Shown in pieces: positions 49,265 through 56,848 of a DNA stretch of 64,000 nucleotides. A model generated the notes under the pieces. That model worked only from the letters and a program-made list of their open reading frames with translations, had not been told where the DNA came from and did not search any database. Within the stretch, counting starts at the first letter, position 1. Every line of letters starts with the position of its first letter. A program made the position numbers and the translations under genes. The stretch lies in assembly GCA_041658665.1 (NCBI GenBank), contig JBAZZR010000002.1:9147-73146 (forward strand). The letters run 5' to 3'. The DNA is from Patescibacteria group bacterium. Lineage in GTDB: Bacteria > Patescibacteriota > Patescibacteriia > Patescibacteriales > UBA12465.

Positions 49265-49849
49265 TTAATTATTAATTTCAACATCTACCAAGCTATACGG
49301 AATCCCCTGTTCTTTAACTAAAGACTTAATTTTCTTTTGTTCCTGGCTATACATTTCTTGGAAAGTGGCAAAACCTCCTTGCACCAATCTTTTGTTGCGA
49401 TGAAGGGCCCAAACCGGGTGCACTCGCTCCTTGTGGGTCGAGCGCTCTTCTATCGCCTCTTCAGTAACGATCGGGACAAAGACGAAAGTCGGCAGATTTT
49501 TTAATTTATTAATGATTTTCTCGTACTGAGCTATCATGTCAGGACTGGATGAGACAGTAAAAATGGCGTAGGAGATATGGAATCGATTAAGTATAAAAAC
49601 CGCGTTGCTGTCATCGCGAAGAATTTTTTCACAATAATTTAAAAAGTGCTCATAAAAATTAAGCCTGATCGCATCGATATCTTCGATCCAAGCGTGTTTC
49701 CAGGTAAACAAAAGTTCTTCTTCATAATAATCATATATTGTCTTACCGGACAGCATTCCTTCAATTTGCTTTTGGAGAGTATTTTTTCCTGCACCGGCGA
49801 TTCCTTCAATTATAAATAATCTAGCGGCTGGCAATGATGTAATTTTCAT
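49265..49849 (-). CDS. P-loop NTPase, (deoxy)nucleoside/nucleotide-kinase-like
   Basis: Walker A FIIEGIAGAGKNTL near the N-terminus; size and layout resemble the dNK/dTMP-kinase fold. Confidence 0.55.
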   Translation of the reverse strand: MKITSLPAARLFIIEGIAGAGKNTLQKQIEGMLSGKTIYDYYEEELLFTWKHAWIEDIDAIRLNFYEHFLNYCEKILRDDSNAVFILNRFHISYAIFTVSSSPDMIAQYEKIINKLKNLPTFVFVPIVTEEAIEERSTHKERVHPVWALHRNKRLVQGGFATFQEMYSQEQKKIKSLVKEQGIPYSLVDVEINN

Positions 49850-49859
49850 ATCGAATAAA

Positions 49860-50975
49860 TTATTTACTCAAATTCTTATAAATTATTTCACCGTCATCCT
49901 TAATTTCAAAAATTCCCACCTCTCCCTCCGGTAGGTAATATAAATTAATTGTTCTTTTTTCGCCCGGGATGGTTTCATATTTGTCATGATCAATTGTTTG
50001 TCCTCCGAACAGACGCAACTTAGCTTTTCCCGATTCATCGAAATCTAAAAAGTTTATTCCCGCCGCCAAAGTTTCACGCGAAACATGCATGTGCCCACAA
50101 GCAACGTAAATATCTGCCTTTGCTGGTAGCCGGCGACATAGCTCCATAAGATATTTACTTACAGGCAAAAACTGTTTGTAGGGGACTCTTTCTGAATCTG
50201 GCAAATTAGCTTGTTTAACTTGTTTTTCATAAACTCCAGGTTTTTTTGGGCCTTTAAACGGAGTCTCGTGAGCAAAAATCAATATACTCTTTTTATCTTT
50301 ATTCAATTGAGCAAAATCATCAATGGTTTTTTCTAAACTATTAGTTTGTTCGGCATTCTTTTCGTCAACTTTAAATGAAGGCCAAAAAATAACGGAGGTC
50401 TTATCATCTAAAGGCAAATTCAAAGGCTTATCATAAGAATCCACTCCGGCTTCTTTTAACAATTCTTGTGTCGCTTCTAGTTTCTGAGGGAAGGGTCTAT
50501 CAGCATTTCCCATAATATGGCGAACATCACTTTTCAATTCTGAAAGTCGGCTGGTTACATCTTTAATAGATTGTCTCATGTCTGCCATTGCTTGATCTAA
50601 TTCGCCTCTACTTTTTGCCATCCATAAAGCATAAACGGCAATATCTTGTTCCATTCCTATATTTTTTTGTTGCTCCTTAAAAATATGATATTCTGGAGAT
50701 TCTATAATTTTAATATATTCCTCAACCTCCAATGATAGTTTATCCGTCTTTTTTTCTTTGTCATAACGTAAAGCCAGGCCCTTTGCTTCTTTAACATACT
50801 CAGAAAGTATTCCGCTACCCGCTAAATCCCCAATATGAACTATAAAGTCTAAATTCTCTCCGTGATTTTTTAAAGGCTCTAGGGCTTCATCGAGTTGTTG
50901 CCCTTTTCTTCCTTGGGTATCAGAAATAATGCCGAAACGGTAATTTTGATTCCCCATTTTATCAGGATTCATCAT
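49860..50975 (-). CDS. atypical calcineurin-type metallophosphoesterase with a ~100-aa helical insertion
   Basis: Motifs ISDTQG, HIGDLAGSG, GNADRP, FAHETP and ACGHMHV. Confidence 0.7.
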   Translation of the reverse strand: MMNPDKMGNQNYRFGIISDTQGRKGQQLDEALEPLKNHGENLDFIVHIGDLAGSGILSEYVKEAKGLALRYDKEKKTDKLSLEVEEYIKIIESPEYHIFKEQQKNIGMEQDIAVYALWMAKSRGELDQAMADMRQSIKDVTSRLSELKSDVRHIMGNADRPFPQKLEATQELLKEAGVDSYDKPLNLPLDDKTSVIFWPSFKVDEKNAEQTNSLEKTIDDFAQLNKDKKSILIFAHETPFKGPKKPGVYEKQVKQANLPDSERVPYKQFLPVSKYLMELCRRLPAKADIYVACGHMHVSRETLAAGINFLDFDESGKAKLRLFGGQTIDHDKYETIPGEKRTINLYYLPEGEVGIFEIKDDGEIIYKNLSK

Positions 50976-51063
50976 ACATTTATTTACATTATTTATCCCT
51001 TATTTTACATTTATAATAGCAAAAATTGACCTTTTTTGCAATATTTTTGATTTTTTACATAAT

Positions 51064-51199
51064 TCAATAAGTCTTAATAATTTCCGCCCATCTCCCAATC
51101 TCCTTAACCATCCCCTCAAAATTTTGAGAAATTTCAGACTTTAAGACTACCAATAAAAAAGCGGCAGTAATTTTACTCCGCTTTTTGTGTTAATTTTCC
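51064..51199. repeat. cassette junction element U1 (70-nt core 51081-51150 plus hairpin 51161-51181 plus T-run)
   Basis: Core is 56/70 identical to U2 and 57/70 to U3 (hand count). The hairpin gcggcagtaattttactccgc is flanked by A6 and T5. Shares the tgttaatttt tail with U3. Confidence 0.85.
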
Positions 51200-51924
51200 C
51201 TCAACCAAGTGTTTATGCCTATAATCGCGGCAAAACATAACTCTTGGTCAGAATGAAAATCGATGTTATGTAAATCAAATCGTTCTGATTTATCCGCATC
51301 ACGATTTTTAGTCCATGATAGCCAACGTCCGCTCATGTTCACTTGGATAAAGAATGATTCTCTGCTAATAGTAATTTGGTCGTAAGACAATTCTTCTTTG
51401 AAAAAATAATTATATACCCTCTTTAATTCAGAGATTACATAACTATTTAATGTTACCAAATCTTCATCGCTTAGAGAATAAAGTCTTTTTTTAAACCAAG
51501 GGTATAATTGCCCACCAATAGAATAACCACCCATTTGATAGCCCCCATCAAAAATAACGAAAGAGAGTGCCTGGTCATCCCAAACTGCTTCAGAAAAGAA
51601 TTCTTTTTCATAGAACATTTGTTCAACCACGTAATAGGTGGCTAAATAAACTGTTAGCAACATTTTCCGCATGGCTATATCATTATCTTTTTCTGGAAAG
51701 TTAAACTTATATATTATATAATCGTTTTCCTCTCCTTGTATTTTAAAACAACCGCCAAAACCGAACATTGCCCCGCCGATATGAAATTCCCCTAGATAAG
51801 AATACTTCTCCATCAAGGGGCTGTCGATCTTAAATAGCGCAACTGGCGCCGACTTATTTTGAAAAAAATTCTTATGAATTTTTAAAAAATAAGTATTTTC
51901 CTTGAGTATTAAATCTAGTATCAT
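51190..51924 (-). CDS. orphan protein, function unknown
   Basis: 244-aa ORF with an AAGGA ribosome-binding site upstream. I recognise no motif. Confidence 0.5.
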   Translation of the reverse strand: MILDLILKENTYFLKIHKNFFQNKSAPVALFKIDSPLMEKYSYLGEFHIGGAMFGFGGCFKIQGEENDYIIYKFNFPEKDNDIAMRKMLLTVYLATYYVVEQMFYEKEFFSEAVWDDQALSFVIFDGGYQMGGYSIGGQLYPWFKKRLYSLSDEDLVTLNSYVISELKRVYNYFFKEELSYDQITISRESFFIQVNMSGRWLSWTKNRDADKSERFDLHNIDFHSDQELCFAAIIGINTWLREN

Positions 51925-51989
51925 GATTTTTCCTTTTTAATGTGCAATATTTTATTTATTATTAACATTAGTATTAAATAGTTGATAAG

Positions 51990-52107
51990 TCAATTCTTTA
52001 AAACTTCCGCCCATTTCTCAATCTCCCCAATAATCCCGTCAAAATTTTGGCAAATGTTAGATCTTAAGACTACGAAATCAAACAACTCGTCTGAAGGCGA
52101 GTTTTTT
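51990..52107. repeat. cassette junction element U2 (70-nt core 52004-52073 plus hairpin 52084-52103 plus T6)
   Basis: Core is 56/70 identical to U1 and 54/70 to U3. Hairpin aactcg-tctgaagg-cgagtt is followed by tttttt. Confidence 0.85.
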
Positions 52108-52121
52108 GATATACTTTCAAT

Positions 52122-52859
52122 ATGAATAATTTTGGAAACTTTAGCAAACTAGAAAAAAATTATAAATTTATTAGACCTAGTTATCCGACCAGGGTAATTA
52201 GAGATATTTATTATCTCATCAAAACTCCGCATCCAATTATTTTGGATTTGGGATGCGGCACTGGAATTTCTACTCGACAAATGGCAAAAAAGAACTCAAG
52301 AATATTTGGCTGCGATATTGATGAAAAGATGTTTGCTAACGCTTCCAAGGATAAAAATATTACATATATTAAAGGTAGCGCGGAGAAACTCCCCTTTCCG
52401 GACAAAACCTTCGACCTTATAACTATGTTTGCCGCTTTCCACTGGTTTTCGAACAAAAAAGCAATAAATGAGATGCGTAGAGTTTTAAAACCAAAAGGAG
52501 CTATATATATAGTACAACAAAAACATACATCACCTTTCAGTCATGACCATAAAGAAATAATCAGTAAAGTGTTAGGAGCCACTATAAAAACAAAATATAG
52601 CAAAAGAAAATTTGAAGATGTTCTGGCACAAAATAATTTCGAAATCATTGAAAACAAAATCTATAAAACTATTAATAAATATACCTTAGGACAATTTCTT
52701 AAACTGTTGCAATCTTATAGTATTTGGAATGAAGTCCCAGTCTCAAAACGCAAACAAATTATAAAATTGTTCAAAAGTCACTTTAGAACAATGCTGAAAA
52801 ACGGCTTAATTCACGATGCAGCTGACCTTTATTTAATTTGTGCTAAACCAAACCTTTAA
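52122..52859 (+). CDS. class I SAM-dependent methyltransferase
   Basis: ILDLGCGTG motif I, FDLITMFAAFHWF, and LKPKGAIYIV post-II region. Confidence 0.85.
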   Translation: MNNFGNFSKLEKNYKFIRPSYPTRVIRDIYYLIKTPHPIILDLGCGTGISTRQMAKKNSRIFGCDIDEKMFANASKDKNITYIKGSAEKLPFPDKTFDLITMFAAFHWFSNKKAINEMRRVLKPKGAIYIVQQKHTSPFSHDHKEIISKVLGATIKTKYSKRKFEDVLAQNNFEIIENKIYKTINKYTLGQFLKLLQSYSIWNEVPVSKRKQIIKLFKSHFRTMLKNGLIHDAADLYLICAKPNL

Positions 52860-52882
52860 TACGAACCATAATTTAAAAAGTA

Positions 52883-53009
52883 CTATTTACAAATTTCCAT
52901 CCATTTCTCGATTTCCCCAACAATCTCATTAAAATTTTGAGAAATTTCAGACTTTAAGACTATAAATCAAAAAAAGCTCCATTTTTTGACGCCTTTTTTT
53001 GTTAATTTT
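52883..53009. repeat. cassette junction element U3 (70-nt core 52894-52963 plus weak A/T hairpin plus T-run)
   Basis: Core is 57/70 identical to U1 and 54/70 to U2. Its tail ...cctttttttgttaatttt matches the U1 tail. Confidence 0.85.
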
Positions 53010-53017
53010 ATTGACAA

Positions 53018-53521
53018 CTAATTTTTTAAATTAAAATCTAATACTTCCTGCACTTTATTTTCTAATTTATTAAAAACATTTTTTAGATGCGATCCCTTGA
53101 CCTGCACAGTCTTGGTCGGAATAACTGGACTGAACAATAACCAATCCTGCTCATAAATTTTGGGGTCGACATAAATATTATATTGAGAGTCGAAACCGAA
53201 CGGGTAAGCACAGCCAGGCTGTGCTCCAAAATGTTTATTCAACTCTTCGGGAGAACAAAGCTTAAGTTTTTTAACGCCTAATTTTTCTTTAATAACTTCA
53301 AAATTAATCTTCTGTCCATGCAAGGTAATATAAACAATCATACTGTCATCGGCTTTTAAAACTAAACACTTCATTTCTGTCCCGATGAAACCCGTTTCTT
53401 TCTGCACCTTGGCTAACTCCTCATAAGTTAAAGCCTCCCTATGAGAAAAGAGTTTATAATCGACACGACTATTATTAAGGAGATTTATTAGTTTTTCATA
53501 AATGTTTTTTGAGTCAGTCAT
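53018..53521 (-). CDS. YbaK/ProX-type aminoacyl-tRNA deacylase domain protein
   Basis: 167 aa with KCLVLK and GCAYPFG motifs, typical of the YbaK editing fold. Confidence 0.75.
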   Translation of the reverse strand: MTDSKNIYEKLINLLNNSRVDYKLFSHREALTYEELAKVQKETGFIGTEMKCLVLKADDSMIVYITLHGQKINFEVIKEKLGVKKLKLCSPEELNKHFGAQPGCAYPFGFDSQYNIYVDPKIYEQDWLLFSPVIPTKTVQVKGSHLKNVFNKLENKVQEVLDFNLKN

Positions 53522-53586
53522 ATATTAATCCCTAACCGCTTTATATAGAATATCGTGTCCGAATTTCGAAAGTCATGCCATCCGGC

Positions 53587-54183
53587 TTAATTAATTTTTT
53601 TGCTCCTCTCTCTCCAGACATGCCAAGCACTAGGTAAAATAGAAAGTACAATAATTAAAATAATTATCGGCAAAAGATATCGATCGACGCCTGGAATAAG
53701 ACTACCAAGAAAATAACCTAATAGAGATAAGCCGAGAGACCATAAGGCGCCGCCGATTAAATTATAAACAATAAAAGTTCGATAAGGCATAGTACCAACT
53801 CCGGCTAAAATCGGCACGAAGGTGCGAACGACCGGCAAGAAACGCGCTAAGACAATAGTCTTAGAGCCATGTTTCTTAAAAAATTTTTCTGCCTTATAAA
53901 CATTATTCTTATTGAAAAACCAGGAGTCCTCTTTACTAAAAATCGCCGGACCGATTTTTTCTCCAAACATATAGCCGGCACTATCGCCTAAAACGGCGGC
54001 TATAAAAGTTAAACCCATTAAGAGCCAAATATCTAAAAAACCTTGCGAAGCTAAAAAACCGGCGGTAAACAGTAAGCTATCGCCCGGAAAGAAAAAACCA
54101 ATAAGTAGCCCCGACTCGGCAAAAATAATCCCAAAGAGACCAAAATATCCCGCTGTTTTTATTAGGGCTACTAAATCAAACAT
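53587..54183 (-). CDS. DedA family membrane protein
   Basis: FFPGDSLLF and GDSAGYMFGEKIG motifs. Confidence 0.85.
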   Translation of the reverse strand: MFDLVALIKTAGYFGLFGIIFAESGLLIGFFFPGDSLLFTAGFLASQGFLDIWLLMGLTFIAAVLGDSAGYMFGEKIGPAIFSKEDSWFFNKNNVYKAEKFFKKHGSKTIVLARFLPVVRTFVPILAGVGTMPYRTFIVYNLIGGALWSLGLSLLGYFLGSLIPGVDRYLLPIIILIIVLSILPSAWHVWRERSKKIN

Positions 54184-54210
54184 AAATAAATAAAAATAAT
54201 AAAAATCAAA

Positions 54211-54669
54211 CTAATTTGATTTATCTAATTTCTTCTCTAAACGATCAAGCTGATCATTAATACTTCGTACCTCTACCATTAGTCGACTAATAGTAGAAAT
54301 ATCCGCTTTAATTTCCTGTTCGGTCTTTTCCGCTAATTTTTTCTCGCCCTTAAGCCCGGAAATAATAATTTCATTACCGATGAAACTAGAAACAAATAAA
54401 CCGACCAGGAGCAGTAAAATCATGCCAAATAGAATAGACAGCGGCCCGTCCCACCAAGGTAGAACACTCGCCGAAATTAAAGAAACGGCAGTCGCCTGGT
54501 CTTTAGCTAACGCATTCATTAAGAAATCAACCGTGTTCCAAATGCCCCGCCAAAAAATAATAATCCCAGCCCCGCCGATAAAAGCATAAACTAAAGGGTA
54601 ATGGCTTAAATAGGCTCTCACCTTATCTTCTAAACGATCACCAAAATTATAAAGTTTTTTTAGAATCAT
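54211..54669 (-). CDS. membrane protein with a C-terminal coiled coil (hypothetical)
   Basis: 152-aa ORF overlapping the terC stop by 23 nt. Confidence 0.4.
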   Translation of the reverse strand: MILKKLYNFGDRLEDKVRAYLSHYPLVYAFIGGAGIIIFWRGIWNTVDFLMNALAKDQATAVSLISASVLPWWDGPLSILFGMILLLLVGLFVSSFIGNEIIISGLKGEKKLAEKTEQEIKADISTISRLMVEVRSINDQLDRLEKKLDKSN

Positions 54670-55630
54670 AAACGGCTTGTAAATTATGTTGTTTAGATGT
54701 TAATAAAGATAAAATAATCGAAGAAACTAAAATTAAAATTATGACAAAAAATGAAGCGACCGAAGAAATATGAATATTAACTAGACTAGATAACATTTTA
54801 AAACCAATAAACAAAAGAATTAAAGCCAGACCCTTCTGCAGGTGGCGAAAACGTTGTAAAACATGATCAATCAGAAAAAATAAGGCTCGCAAACCTAAAA
54901 CCGCGAAAATGTTGGAAGTGAAAACAATAAAAAAACTTTGGGAAATAGCGAAAACCGCCGGAATAGAGTCAACTGCGAAAACTATATCGGTGGTCTCCAC
55001 TAAAAGAAGAATTAGAAATAAAGAAGTAAAAACTAAATGTCCCTTCTCTTTCACAAAAAAATGACCGTCATGATGAGCCGTACTAAACGGTAAGTAACGC
55101 CGCGCCGCCTTCATGATTCGATTGTTCTCGAGATTAAGATGTTTATTCTCCCGACTCGCGAAAAGACTTATCCCCGTATAAAGTAACACTAAACCAAAAA
55201 CATAAAGAACCCAATGAAATTGATAAATGATATAAGCGCCGGCGCTAATAAAAACCCCTCGAAATATCATCGCTCCCAGGATACCCCAAAATAAAGTCCG
55301 ATGATAATATTTCTCCTCTAATTTAAAATAATTAAAAATTAACATCATCACGAATAAATTGTCGACCGAGAGCATTTTTTCAGTAACATAGGCGCTAAGA
55401 AATTCCGCAGCGGGATCGCGCCCAATAAACCAAAAAATTAAACCAGCGAAAACTAAAGAAATACCGACCCAAAATAATGATTGATAAAGAGCTTCCTTAT
55501 ATTCGATGCGATGGCTTTTACGATTAAAATAGCCTAAATCTAAAATCAAAAAAATGCCAACAATGCTGACAAACAATAAAAATAAATAAGATTGGGCGGA
55601 ATGAAACATATCGTAATTTAAAAGTATCAT
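54647..55630 (-). CDS. TerC family integral membrane protein
   Basis: Paired TEKMLSVDNLFV and VETTDIVFAVDSIPAVFAI motifs. Confidence 0.85.
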   Translation of the reverse strand: MILLNYDMFHSAQSYLFLLFVSIVGIFLILDLGYFNRKSHRIEYKEALYQSLFWVGISLVFAGLIFWFIGRDPAAEFLSAYVTEKMLSVDNLFVMMLIFNYFKLEEKYYHRTLFWGILGAMIFRGVFISAGAYIIYQFHWVLYVFGLVLLYTGISLFASRENKHLNLENNRIMKAARRYLPFSTAHHDGHFFVKEKGHLVFTSLFLILLLVETTDIVFAVDSIPAVFAISQSFFIVFTSNIFAVLGLRALFFLIDHVLQRFRHLQKGLALILLFIGFKMLSSLVNIHISSVASFFVIILILVSSIILSLLTSKQHNLQAVYDSKKTL

Positions 55631-55789
55631 AAAATCAGGCTATAATCAAATTAATTCTCATAGTTTAACAGTGGCCTACCATTATTATCTGAATCATAAT
55701 CTCCCCGACTCTTGTCAAAAATAAAATCTTTTGATATTATCAAATCTGTAATAAAATTGGCTAATAAATAAGCCAGTTTATTTATAATC

Positions 55790-55865
55790 GCGCCTATAGC
55801 TCAGTTGGTAGAGCAACAGCCTTTTAAGCTGATGGTCGCTGGTTCGAATCCAGCTGGGCGCACCA
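55790..55865 (+). tRNA. tRNA-Lys (anticodon TTT), CCA encoded
   Basis: Acceptor GCGCCTA/TGGGCGC, anticodon loop CTTTTAA, T-arm GCTGG-TTCGAAT-CCAGC. Confidence 0.9.
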
Positions 55866-55894
55866 AAATCTAAAAAAACGCTGAACGGTGATTG

Positions 55895-55967
55895 GCCGAC
55901 TTAGCTCAGCTGGTAGAGCAGCTGTCTTGTAAACAGCAGGTCGTCGGTCCGAACCCGACAGTCGGCT
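55895..55967 (+). tRNA. tRNA-Thr (anticodon TGT) with an unusual T-loop (TCCGAAC)
   Basis: Acceptor GCCGACT/AGTCGGC, anticodon arm GCTGT-CTTGTAA-ACAGC, T-arm GTCGG-TCCGAAC-CCGAC. Confidence 0.85.
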
Positions 55968-55986
55968 CATAAACATTGATTACAGA

Positions 55987-56007
55987 AACCACCGAAAGGT
56001 GGTTTTT
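55987..56007 (+). terminator. intrinsic terminator of the tRNA-Lys/tRNA-Thr unit
   Basis: aaccacc-gaaa-ggtggtt followed by ttt. Confidence 0.7.
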
Positions 56008-56011
56008 GTTA

Positions 56012-56073
56012 TAAAAAAATCCCCCGGAATCCAAGAGCTTAGTTTTAAACTAAGTTCTAAGGATCCGAGGGGA
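56012..56073 (-). terminator. long hairpin plus T7 terminator of the frameshifted gene
   Basis: The minus strand reads tcccctcggatccttagaacttagtt-taaa-actaagctcttggattccggggga followed by ttttttt. Confidence 0.7.
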
Positions 56074-56085
56074 ATAAGGACAAGA

Positions 56086-56774
56086 TTAGGAAACCTGAAG
56101 CACTACAAGGCTGCGGGCAAAAAACCAGATGCCAACGTGCCAGACGTTCGGACGGCCGACAGAAAACGCACTCACATCCCAACCAACGCCGCTCCAGTGC
56201 ACGCGCACAACGCGAAGCGTACCAATAATATCCTTTACATAAAAATATTAGCCCTGTCATTGCGCAGACTACCACTTTCGTCATTAGGCCGAGCTTCCAT
56301 CGCAGCGTAAATCTCCGTTAATGTTATTTCGGCTGCTTCATTGCCGCCCAGTTTTTCTAAAATTGGACCATCAACCGAATCTTTACCAAGCCTGCGTCCG
56401 TAGATAATGCTGCCAATAAATGGGTCCTCGATCTTGCCGAGGAACCAATCCTTAAAGTTGTCGCCAAGGTACGCAATTTTAACCTTGGCTTTCTCTCCGA
56501 CATCTACCTTAAATTTATCTTTGGCGACAAATTTTTCGGTCGTTGCCGGGACAGTAAAAGTAGAAAAGAAACAGCTGAGCAAATTTGTAATTATCTGAAC
56601 TACGGGTTCAGCGCGATTTATGACGGCATTAACGAAAATGCTAATTGCCTCTTTTGTGTGGTTCATAAGCCACTGCGCGTCTTCCGACGGCAGCTTAGAA
56701 AATTCCTTTTGATATTCGACCAACCTCGCCGCTATCACCGGAATCTGTTGTTCTGTAGCCATTTTGGCCTCCAT
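56086..56774 (-). pseudogene. orphan gene interrupted by a -1 frameshift in a T5 run (56241-45); two frames together give about 228 aa
   Basis: Frame 0 ends ...RNDRANIFM* at 56235. The -1 frame continues, from the Tyr codon tat at 56239-56241, as YVKDIIGTLRVVRVHWSGVGWDVSAFSVGRPNVWHVGIWFFARSLVVLQVS* to the stop at 56086-56088. A strong terminator follows. Confidence 0.65.
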
Positions 56775-56824
56775 TTTTTACAGATGTTAATAATACATTC
56801 CGCGCTTCCCGGCGGATTTGGGTT

Positions 56825-56842
56825 ATACTCATTAATGAGTAT
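56825..56842. promoter_or_regulatory. perfect 18-bp palindrome (operator or 5' UTR hairpin)
   Basis: ATACTCATTAATGAGTAT, flanked by atttgg / ccaaat. Positioned at about +1 of the promoter below. Confidence 0.5.
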
Positions 56843-56848
56843 CCAAAT

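Noticed and set aside
51064-53009. Junction elements considered as classical integron attC sites, or as a CRISPR/TIGR-type array
   Set aside because: No RYYYAAC/GTTRRRY core sites (only GTTAATT), no intI, and the cores are not overall imperfect palindromes. The repeats are ~900 nt apart with whole genes between them, so this is not a spacer array. Kept as a finding only in the generic cassette-array sense.
49172-53533. 7-bp inverted match TTAGGGA (49172-49178) / TCCCTAA (53527-53533) as possible terminal inverted repeats of the island
   Set aside because: Too short to be meaningful over a 4.4-kb span in an AT-rich sequence.
56010-56235. GC-rich ~225-nt gap after the tRNA pair that looked like a structured ncRNA (I tested it against tmRNA, SRP RNA, RNase P RNA and 6S RNA features)
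   Set aside because: No tRNA-like end, no GGAAGCAGCC-type SRP motif and no GAGGAAAGUCC RNase P motif. The region is fully explained as the -1 frame continuation of the upstream orphan gene (50 sense codons beyond the shift) plus its terminator hairpin.
56283-56310. The + strand reads ...LGRASIAA*, resembling a tmRNA tag ending
   Set aside because: It lies inside a well-formed minus-strand ORF and has no flanking tmRNA acceptor/T-arm structure. Treated as coincidence.
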